Positions 37,601 to 46,224 of a DNA stretch of 64,000 nucleotides are shown here, piece after piece. Each line of letters opens with the position of its first letter. The first letter of the stretch is position 1. A program made the position numbers and the translations under genes. The notes below the pieces were generated by a model. The model ran no database searches. It was not told where the DNA came from and saw nothing but the letters and a program-made list of their open reading frames with translations. The stretch comes from Phoronis australis (taxonomy: Eukaryota > Animalia > Phoronida), in contig NMRA01000234.1 in assembly GCA_002633005.1 (NCBI GenBank), positions 245,535 to 309,534 on the forward strand, read 5' to 3'.

Positions 37601-40516
37601 GAAAACATAATACCAAAAACAGAAGTGGTGCTTGGAGATTTAAATCTTAAAACTAAATAAATTTTAGCAGTCAATAATTATTTTGGTTCAGTGATTTTCC
37701 AAAGTCTCAAAATGATAATAGTTTAACTTGTGACTACGGTGATTCATGTGAAAAGAACTCATTTCTTCCACACTTTGCATGGTGTACATAAAACTGTAGA
37801 AAGTTTCAGTTAGTAATAAAACCAGAAATAGTACACATTTTGCGTGTTGTGATAGTCCCTACCTCACTTTATTTGAGTAGTTAGCTAGCAGGCTTACTTG
37901 AACACACAATTTGTTAGTCTGTGTATCCTGACCTGCAGGAGCTTTAGAATAGTTTTCATTTAGTATTTTCACCAGGCAATTTTGTTTTGACGTTTTCTAA
38001 CTCATTCAAAGATGTATTTTTAAAACAAAAAATCCTGTGTTCAAAGTTGCACATTTTTGTGTAATTTGCCCAGAAATTTGGTGAAAACTGGCAAAATGTT
38101 GAAATGCAAAGTTCATGTCCATTGTGCCATTATTGTTAAAAATACTGCCTTAGGTAATCTAACAAGCATATTTCCTTGTTTTGTCAAGCTCACTTCCTAC
38201 TGTTGTAAATCACAATACCTTGTTGAGTAAACTCATTGTCTGTATAAGACTGTGTGCGTTCAAATGAAGAATCTTCTGCTTGCAGCTCTGACAAGTCTTG
38301 GTACAGATAGCCAAGCCCTTAAACACCATAAAGAACATAAGTGTATAAAAACAATTAAACATGGCCACAAAATATAAGTTTGTTGATTAAGTACATAAAT
38401 TGGCTTTTGTCAAGTCTTTTTATCTGCTAACAGATGCAACAAACAAATTTGATTTATCAGACGAAGGTTTCAATACCTCCATCCGTGTATTCTATATTGA
38501 TACAAACTCTAATCTTAGCAGACTGTGACTGAATATTTAATACAAACAATTGCAGGTGCTCTGGTACACACATTGTACCAGGCATGCCCAGGCCAGGTGG
38601 GACAATTGCACTGATCACCTAGAACCATTTTTATGCCTTTTTAATGTATGAATAAAACAGAGCTGAGGAGCTAGAGACCTGACTCAAGGGTCTAGCAGTG
38701 TGCCCCAGTGGGACTCGAACTCACGACAAAGGAAGCAGGCACTTATCCCACTAGGCCAAACTGTCTCCACAGACTGAGTAATTTTAAACATATACATTGG
38801 AAAGAATAATCATAAATTATTTCATAGCTGGGTGTAATTTCAAACAGTTCCAGAAGCCATGATTTACAGTTATAAATGACCTTTATAACAATTCATTTAT
38901 ACAAGGACTAGTAGCCTACTTACGCAAAGCCTCGCTTCCTTTTTTAAACACAACATGAAACTCGTCCCCATGAGACAACACAGCAGTCTAAACAAGAAAT
39001 GAAATCAATTACAAATGATAAAAGCCAAAACTTGAGAGTAACATTAGTAGGACATTATTAAACCAGATAGGACTGCAGACTTTTGTTTTACAGTTCAATA
39101 TCCAATGTTGTTGCTTGATGGTTAATTGCATGAAGGAATCCATGTATGAACTGTATCAACAGAGAAGAGTCTGACATACAACTAAAGGTGAACTTCATGA
39201 CAGAGGGAAGTGACTCAGCCAGCCACTGCTAATCAGGAATGCTTGTGCTGCAACAGAACAGTCCAAGTCATCTGGAAGACACCAGGTACCGCGAATCATT
39301 TGAAGGCTCATTTTTGTGCACAAACTTCATTGTTCTAAAACAGTAAACATTACTTGACAAAAACAAGGAAATTTGGGGACAAAAAGAGAAGTAATCTCAC
39401 TCTAAGGCACAAAAGTTGAAGACAATGTGCTATTCATACATAGCTCAAAATTAAAGTCACATATAATGCATATCGCACTTTCAGAGGTTCACTCCAATTA
39501 TTTTGTACACTATATCACTCATTATAAACATTGAAAAAACTCTGGCAGACTTGATTTTCATGGAAGGTAAGGTACCAGGGCCAGTCGTATGCATTTGGGG
39601 ACTAAAGCTAAATTTGACCTTTGGGATCTCTTCCATGTAAAATGTAGAACAATGCAATCATTAACACCGGTACAAGAGACACCAAATGTCGTAATCTCCT
39701 CACCCCATTTTACCATACAAGATAATACCAGGAAGCCAGAATGATAACCAAAGACAACACCAGACAGGGTAAAACATCCAACCAAGATGACACCTATAGG
39801 TGTAAAATGCAGTCACTGAGTACCCACCTAAGTTGGCAGCCCATCCCAACCAATCCCTCTCCATCACCCAGATGTGAGCATTTACCCACCATGCCATTTG
39901 ATAATTTGGTTGTCATGTTGACCAGCGTCCCATTGGTACTCGTGTCCTGTAACTTGACTGTCCCATCAGGCTGTCTCTCTATGAAACAGTGCCTGCCAGA
40001 TACCAACTTGTTGCCTGCTAGAGACAGGTCTGATTCTGAAACAATAGACACGGACATTGGTAAAATGTTCTTTCATATGAACCTCCCACTCTGTGCTCAC
40101 TTAGTTATGTGCAAGTGTTCAATGGTGACCAAACAGTCCAATGACCAATTTCAAAGAACACATGCAATGGGGGATTGGCAATGACACATTAAATAAAATC
40201 AAGGACAATTCAACACAAAAGAATGAACGGTAAAACGAGGGAAAATAGGACAGTCTAGAACAGAAAATGATCCATGGGGCAACGTGCAAAATTGGAGGGC
40301 TCATGGGATGTTCATCGTTTAGCTCTGCTGAGGACAGTTGAGCCGGTGCTACTGTCTGTAACCTCTGGCTCTAGACAAAAAGTCAAAAAATTGTTAACTG
40401 TCTGACATTTTACCTTTTGCTCGCCCAATGACAAACTTATTTTTACTAATTGCGATAGGTTCAGCCTCTATATCTGTACAGCACACAAGCTGCGCCCAAG
40501 GTTCGCTTGACGCCAT
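22622..40516 (-). CDS. CHFR: E3 ubiquitin-protein ligase CHFR (FHA, RING, Cys-rich domain, PBZ), 18 coding exons, ~689 aa
   Basis: Exons 40516-40414, 40035-39890, 38987-38924, 38317-38219, 37213-37007, 35850-35666, 34825-34747, 34025-33961, 33152-33049, 31302-31231, 30723-30647, 29822-29430, 27943-27860, 26846-26776, 25482-25395, 25130-25014, 24234-24159 and 22661-22622, all phase-consistent. FHA (PWAQL..IGR..NKLVSGRHC..DTSTNGT); RING (EETLRCMICQDLLHDCISLQPCMHSFCSGCYSGW..CPTCR); CQCCYQPMPDRR; FCHLYWGC; PBZ (RPDCYWGKNCRT..HHAKNFNHICEQTRF). Confidence 0.95.
23029..23932 (+). mobile_element. 5'-truncated LINE (CR1/L2/Crack-like) 3' end in the last CHFR intron
   Basis: ORF remnant KLKYYKNFK..FEHENYL..FRSANHRLAVETGRH..RVCTLC, typical of the RT C-terminal region; 3' UTR ends AATAAAGGAAGGAAAGAAAAA; candidate TSD CACAGTG at 23022-23028 and 23933-23939. 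Confidence 0.75.
23388..23802. mobile_element. MITE nested in the LINE remnant (Harbinger/Tourist-like or TTAA-targeting)
   Basis: TIRs (A)GTCCCGTTTAGACATCAA / TTGAAGTGTAAACGGCAC(T), flanked by TTAA on both sides. Internal inverted repeats CACAGAGCAAATTGA/TCAATTTGCTCTGTG and GGGGCAAG/CTTGCCCC. Confidence 0.8.
25615..26190 (-). mobile_element. Highly degenerate LINE 3' end
   Basis: Minus-strand remnants such as HRHSTHYSTSLLQIPYCK and TWYKLLKIIEDALSF resemble CR1/L2 ORF2 C-termini; AATAAAATAAAA-like tail near 25620. Confidence 0.4.
27481..27912 (-). repeat. 75-bp tandem array (~6 copies) made of the 3' end of a CHFR exon plus its 5' splice site
   Basis: TTACCTTTAAACTGAG recurs at exactly 75-bp spacing (27481, 27556, 27631, 27706, 27781, 27856). 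Confidence 0.95.
29338..29456 (-). repeat. ~62-bp tandem duplication across a CHFR exon 3' end and donor
   Basis: CTCTATACTG.CAGGGGAGATTACT..TACATGATGTTT.AG.AATGCTG.CAT occurs twice; the donor in the distal copy is altered (GTATTA vs GTAAGT). Confidence 0.8.
30040..30305. mobile_element. Degenerate palindromic MITE-like element
   Basis: Inverted arms CTCAAGTTCACGGAGAACAAACACAG / CTGTGTTGTTCGCGTGCTTGAG and CACAGCTCA / TGAGCTGTG. Confidence 0.4.
31430..31515. repeat. (AAT)n/(GAT)n low-complexity tract
   Basis: Direct inspection; source of spurious poly-D and poly-S ORFs. Confidence 0.8.
31836..32131. repeat. 14-bp minisatellite CTGCACAATACAAT x~21
   Basis: Direct inspection; source of four overlapping repetitive ORFs. 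Confidence 0.95.
32738..32834. repeat. Inverted repeat / long hairpin in a CHFR intron
   Basis: TGCCCAAATTTTGAGAACCAGTTT (from 32750) pairs with AAACTGGTTCTCAAAATATGGGCA (to 32819). Confidence 0.8.
38545..38768 (-). mobile_element. tRNA-derived SINE
   Basis: Minus-strand Pol III A box TGGCCTAGTGG (38758-38748) and B box GTTCGAGTCC (38720-38711), followed by a CCCTTGAG-type SINE core; no complete cloverleaf. Confidence 0.7.
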
Positions 40517-40537
40517 CCCAATCTGCAATGTGGAGGA

Positions 40538-40927
40538 CTGGAAACTGAGTAATCTTTTCCAACAAAAACAAACCATACAATCAGAACACCCAGCTGATTA
40601 GAAATTAGGTCACAAACATGGCTGAGCATGAATTGGCCAACTTAAAACTAAGATTATCATAAAGATTACATTTATAATAAAATTATATGTGTTGTCTTAA
40701 ATTTCTTTAAAAATATTATAAATTAATTTTTATTGGAAATTTAATTTATTTATTAGAATCAAGTAATTTTTTATTACACAAATCTTAAATATTTCGACGT
40801 TTTTGGTATGACACACTTCAAAATTTCTTCAACTGACCGGAACTGTGTGCATTCGGAAAAACAAGTGCTGGCGTGTCTCAGGTGATGCTCTTATAAAAGC
40901 TAACAATTTCCAAATCTTCGTCACTTT
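40538..40927. promoter_or_regulatory. CHFR/LIG3 bidirectional promoter region, including a putative CHFR 5'UTR intron (40837-40538)
   Basis: Divergent ATGs 411 bp apart; minus-strand donor CCG|GTCAGT at 40837 and acceptor TTTCCAG| at 40538. Confidence 0.6.
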
Positions 40928-43702
40928 ATGTTCAACTTGACGTTCCGTGTGGCCAGTTTGTTACTAATTCAATCCAAATTTGTACATTTTGCTGTATGCA
41001 AGCTTCGCAATAGTTCTCGTTACGTTTGCCAAACTCGAACACGTTGTCTTCAACTGAAAAATTATACGAGTCGAACAATGGCAGAAGGCAACAGTAAATT
41101 TGCTTGTGACTATGCTAAGCGGGGCACTGCTGCATGCAAGAAGTGTAAAGTCAAAATTGACAAAGGACTTCTCCGTATCGCCAAGGTGGTTCCTAATCCA
41201 TTTGGTGACGCTGGGTCTGAAATGAAACAATGGTTTCATCCTAAGTGTGTGTTTGAGACTTTCCAGCGCGCAAGGGCAACTACAAAAGTAATTGAATGTT
41301 CCGATGACATTAGCGGATTTTCGGATCTGACAGCTGAGGATCAAAATATGATCAAGGGCCTAATCAATGGTTTTTTTGATGGTTTGTCCCCTGCTAAAAA
41401 GACAGCACGTAATGAAGCCAAGAAAGCCGCACAGCATACAAGTATTACCAGTGCGTTGTCGTCGCCAAAACCAAAGGATACCTCCGATTCCGTGCCTTCA
41501 ACATCTACTGCTAATCAACCAGTTGTTAACTCAGATCCCGCAACTAAACAGAAAGATAATGCGTTCCGTGAATTCCGTCGAGTCTGTGGTGAAGTGGCAG
41601 AAGTTAGTGGGTATATTGATAAGACCAAGATCATCCAGAATTTCTTATTCAAACCTGGCTTCCAGGGTGATACGTATCTGTTCTTGAAACTGCTTCTGCC
41701 TGGAGTTGTGAAGAGAGTGTACAATGTGAAGGACAGGCAATTGGTGAAATACTTTAGTTCAATATTGGGAGAAAGCCTAGATGAAATGGTAGAAGATCTT
41801 GAGAAGGGTGACGTAGCTGAAACTGTTGCCTCATTCTTTGCTGCTAATGAGAAGTTGGCTCCACAGAAGAAGAGTCACCTTAGCATCCAAGACGTTGATG
41901 GAATGCTGGAAACACTGAGCCAGGTGACCAAAGACGATGACAACATCAAGCAGTTGACAAGCATAGCTAAGCAATGTACAGTTAATGATCTTAAAATGAT
42001 CATCCGTCTTGTAAAGCACGATCTCCGCATCAATGCTGGAGCTAAAGCAATCTTGGACAGTCTTGGTGAGAATACTTACGAAGCCTTTCAAGCATCCAGG
42101 AATTTAAAAAATGTTGTTGAGCGAGCTCTGGGTTCAACCACTAAGGCTTCTGGCACAGTTACTGTGCAAGCCTCACTAATGACCCCAGTGTTACCTATGT
42201 TGGCCGAAGCCTGCAAATCGGCCGATTATGCCATGACTAAATGCCCGAATGGTATGTATGCCGAGATCAAGTATGACGGCGAGAGAGTGCAACTTCACAA
42301 GAAGGGCGACAATTTCCAGTATTTCAGCCGTTCGCTCAAACCGGTCCTACCTCACAAAGTAAACCACTTCAAGAAGTATATTCCACTGGCCTTTCCTCAT
42401 GGCAATGACATGATTCTAGATGCTGAAGTCTTATTGCTGGATATAGCCTCTCAGAAGCCTCTGCCCTTTGGTACTTTGGGGGTTCACAAAAAGGCGGAAT
42501 TCAAAGATGCGTCTGTGTGTCTGTTTGTTTTTGACTGCCTGCACTTCAATGGGGAGAATCTGATGGACAAGCCGCTGAAAGATAGACGCAAGTTCCTCCA
42601 GAAGAACATGAAAGAGGTGAAGAATCACATATTGTTCTCTGAGCAGCATATCATCGACAAAATCGATCAACTCAAAGAACTCATGATGCGTGTATTCCGT
42701 GAAGGTCTTGAAGGCTTGGTTTTAAAGGACGTTGATAGTACGTACAACCCTGGCAAACGTCATTGGCTGAAAGTGAAGAAGGACTACCTTGCTAAGGGGG
42801 CTATGGCTGACACTGCAGATTTAGTGGTGTTGGGAGCCTATTATGGCACCGGCAATAAGGGTGGGATGATGTCTGTATTTCTGATGGGAGTGTATGACCC
42901 GGTCACCAGGAGGTGGTGTACTGTCACAAAGTGTGGGAACGGCTTTGATGACGAAACTCTCGATCGTCTGCAAAAGGAGTTGAAGATGGTCAAAATCAGC
43001 AAAGACATGAGTAAAGTACCGGACTGGCTTTCCATAAAGAAGAACCTTCTACCCGACCTGGTTGTTGACGATCCAAAGAAGGCTCCAGTGTGGGAGATCA
43101 CTGGAGCAGAGTTCAGTCAAGCCGATGTGCACACGGCAGCTGGTATCTCCATCCGCTTCCCGCGGGTAACAAAGATTCGCAGTGACAAGGATTGGCAAAC
43201 TGCAACTGACTTACCGCGGTTGAAGGTGTTGTTTGAGGAATCTAAGCAGTATTCAAATTTACCTGATGTTCTCGGGATTGACGCCTCAAAGCTTAAATCA
43301 GAAAGCAAAGTCAGTCCGAAAAAATCACCAATCAGCAAAAACAATAATTCCAATGCCAGTGTAAGCCTCAAAGGATCTGTTGAAGTGAACTTGAAAAGAA
43401 AGGCAACCGTAGACGATAGTGAGGTTCCAGCTAAGAAATGTGTTTTATCTGACGTGTTTCAAGGAATGAAGTTCTACATAGTAGAGAGTGATGTGAAGGA
43501 CTGTGCACGCTTGAAGCGATATATCGTTGCTTTTAATGGGGAAATAATGGAGGACCACGAATGTTCATTGGCCACACATATCGTAGGAATGGGTGCATGC
43601 GGTGGAGGTGATGAAGGAGCAGGGCTGCCTCGAGTCACAGAAGAGTGGATCTGGAAATGTATTGCCAATAAAAAAATCGTTGCTCTGAAAATGGCGTGTT
43701 AA
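40928..43702 (+). CDS. LIG3: DNA ligase III (alpha type): mitochondrial presequence, PARP-type zinc finger, DBD, adenylation, OB and BRCT domains; single exon, 924 aa
   Basis: Zinc finger DYAKRGTAACKKC...WFHPKC; motif I EIKYDGERVQ (Lys codon 42269-42271); EGLVLKD, KRHWLKVKKDY, DLVVLGAYYG and SIRFPRVTKIRSDKDW; C-terminal BRCT (LKRYIVAFNG...VTEEWIWKCI). Second ATG at 41078 in a strong ACAATGG context. Confidence 0.98.
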   Translation: MFNLTFRVASLLLIQSKFVHFAVCKLRNSSRYVCQTRTRCLQLKNYTSRTMAEGNSKFACDYAKRGTAACKKCKVKIDKGLLRIAKVVPNPFGDAGSEMKQWFHPKCVFETFQRARATTKVIECSDDISGFSDLTAEDQNMIKGLINGFFDGLSPAKKTARNEAKKAAQHTSITSALSSPKPKDTSDSVPSTSTANQPVVNSDPATKQKDNAFREFRRVCGEVAEVSGYIDKTKIIQNFLFKPGFQGDTYLFLKLLLPGVVKRVYNVKDRQLVKYFSSILGESLDEMVEDLEKGDVAETVASFFAANEKLAPQKKSHLSIQDVDGMLETLSQVTKDDDNIKQLTSIAKQCTVNDLKMIIRLVKHDLRINAGAKAILDSLGENTYEAFQASRNLKNVVERALGSTTKASGTVTVQASLMTPVLPMLAEACKSADYAMTKCPNGMYAEIKYDGERVQLHKKGDNFQYFSRSLKPVLPHKVNHFKKYIPLAFPHGNDMILDAEVLLLDIASQKPLPFGTLGVHKKAEFKDASVCLFVFDCLHFNGENLMDKPLKDRRKFLQKNMKEVKNHILFSEQHIIDKIDQLKELMMRVFREGLEGLVLKDVDSTYNPGKRHWLKVKKDYLAKGAMADTADLVVLGAYYGTGNKGGMMSVFLMGVYDPVTRRWCTVTKCGNGFDDETLDRLQKELKMVKISKDMSKVPDWLSIKKNLLPDLVVDDPKKAPVWEITGAEFSQADVHTAAGISIRFPRVTKIRSDKDWQTATDLPRLKVLFEESKQYSNLPDVLGIDASKLKSESKVSPKKSPISKNNNSNASVSLKGSVEVNLKRKATVDDSEVPAKKCVLSDVFQGMKFYIVESDVKDCARLKRYIVAFNGEIMEDHECSLATHIVGMGACGGGDEGAGLPRVTEEWIWKCIANKKIVALKMAC

Positions 43703-44809
43703 CAGGAAACTATGCAGAACTATTTGTTGCATTTGGCAGATATCATTTGTCATGTGCTGTGTGCAAACATGGTTAGACTAGCCAAGTTGCCTGTAGTGTC
43801 TGCTTTGGATACGATATAAGCATAGAGTTATTTTTTGTTAGAATTTCATCTTTCTGTGGAGAAATTCGTAAATAAATATAGGTTGACTTCCATTTCGATT
43901 TCTGTTTAATTTAGTCCTTTTTTTGTTGTTTTTTGTTGTAAAAGTGCAACTCAGTTTTTGTTATGGAACGCCATTTTGTATTGTTTTAGTGGTACTGGTA
44001 CTTGCAACCAAAGCTGGTAATCGATCTTGTACATATATTAATTACAATTTAAATTGTTTACTAATATGTAGGACATTTTTGATAAATTTTCTGAGACTCG
44101 CAACTGTAAGAAGTGAACTGTCCTATATGGTTGTTTGTATTTGTTCATCTTGGCAATATTTCTACGCATGCAGCCTCGACTGACATGTCGAGTTACATTG
44201 GGCCAGTAGGCAACGTGTCGTGTAGTTGTTTTTACATTTCTGTGTTCTATATATCTGTATTCTTAAACAGAAGTGCTGTCCCCTGCTGACATACCATCTG
44301 TCGTATGGAGTATTGAATATAATTACCGGTATAGCAACATGAGAATGAATCAGTGCTGTTAGAAGTGAAATTATTGTCGGTATTGTTTTTTAAATGTATA
44401 TGGTATTTAGTGTATGAAATGCATTCAGTTTAATAGAATTTTGAAAACACTTAAATAACTTGTTTTTTGTTTTCTAGAATAAACTGTTTCCATGCAATCA
44501 CAACTCATTACAACAAACCTAGTTTATAACATTGCATTTCACAAGTTGCTTTGGTTACCACTAATGTCTTGGAAAGTTCCCGGTTGTTACTCAGTCCCAC
44601 TGTTTCTGCTGTCGCTGTAACATTGATTTTTTCCTTAGATAAAATCTTCACAAGTGAACCTCTCTTTGCAAATCTTAATTCTTTTTGTGATTTGATGTTT
44701 CCAAGTAACTTATTAACCAGTGTTCAGAAGAGTACTTCAAATTGTGTGTGAAAGTTTGTTGTGGAAGAAAAAGTCACATTATTGGAACTTGGATTTAGTG
44801 TTAAGTGAT

Positions 44810-45090
44810 GTCAGTTGAATCTTTTTAACGTCATAACATGGAGGGACGTTTGAAATTAATAGGTCGTATTGGGGTTAGACTCGCATTACATCTGTTCAAA
44901 TATGGGACCTAGTGTGTCTTATTATATCTCCGTTTAATGTGCTAAACAGGGTATGTTGTAACCAGCATGTAATGTAATTTTCAATTGCCTCGCTTGATGA
45001 GAATAGAAAATAATTGTGTATGTAACTTAGAGTAAAATGTGATTAGACTGCTCTTTTGGCTTGATTGATTCCATTTTGTTAGAGTGGCTT
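44810..45090 (-). mobile_element. Very degenerate LINE ORF2 C-terminal remnant
   Basis: Minus-strand fragments KWNQSS..TFYSKL..HIKRRYNKT, reminiscent of the region seen at 23030-23250; many stops. Confidence 0.3.
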
Positions 45091-46224
45091 AAAACTGCAT
45101 TAGTTTCAAAAAAGTCAATAAAATATATTCATACTTTTGAAGAACATGGTTATGCACTAATCAATTAATTCTAATTAAGTCTGTATTCTGATTATGTGGC
45201 CAATATACATCCCAATATAGAATTTGTTGAAGATGTCATAAAGGTTAGGACACTTGGAAAGAGTTGAAATTTGACCAACTCGAGTCTCAGAAGTGGCTGA
45301 TCAGATTCATATGATAGTCATACTTTGCTTTATGCACTGTTCTGCAAAACACTTGCCTTACGGACTGTTATAAAAAGGATATTCATGGTTTTTATGAGAA
45401 AAAATAATCCAAAAGTTGTGTAAAACGTTAAAATACTTGTTTAAATAAAACTAACATACCAATATTTCATTTTTGAGGTTTCACTGTGAATATTTGTATT
45501 TAATAAAATTAGATGTCGTTATTTTTCCATGAATGTACACTCGTTTTTTGCTAAAATAGCTAAAAAGACATGGTCAAGTGTACAAAATTGAATATTTTCT
45601 CCGTGCTTTTTACTTTCAGAAAATGTATAGTTTTACCGAGTTGAATTTTATAGTTTTGAAAACTCTAAATAGTTGGCTATGTGAACAATATTCTTTATTG
45701 AAATGCATAATATGGCCGTAGGCTCGAAGTATAACATATACAAGATAGTATGTTGTCAGGTGCGTTATGAAATGTATAATAAATAGTGATGCTTGAGAGC
45801 ATGGGGAACGAATTTTAAAAGTAAGGTATCGGGAGTTCTGATGAGAGATTCTAATTTAGATGTGGGAGAATAACAAAAGCAACCATACTGAACCTGAAGC
45901 TCTTGGTACACACTGCAAACTAACAACATGATATTCATCCTCCACACATCTCGAATTACATAACTTGCACAACCTATTTGTTTGGCAACATCTTTCCACC
46001 AGTAGGGTCCTACGTAGCCGTAACTGAAACTAGCAGAAATGCCATTACTGTTTTCTATGCCAAGCTAAAAGAGTTGTCTGTGTTGTCAACAACTACCATT
46101 CTTGATGTGATCAAGTTAATTTTGTAGTGAGAGAAGTAGCTCGGGTCACTGTTTTGGTAGAATTGAAACATTTCACTGTTTTAATATAGGTTTCTCTGGT
46201 TGCCCAGTGCCATAACAGTAAACA

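Noticed and set aside
38700-38768. tRNA gene
   Set aside because: A and B boxes are present, but the anticodon arm and acceptor stem are not formed and a SINE-like body follows
40928-43702. LIG3 as a viral (poxvirus-like) or horizontally acquired ligase
   Set aside because: It has the PARP-type zinc finger, BRCT domain and mitochondrial leader of cellular metazoan LIG3, and no flanking viral genes
40964-43753. Multiple antisense ORFs over LIG3
   Set aside because: Expected shadow ORFs of a long coding sequence; no recognisable motifs
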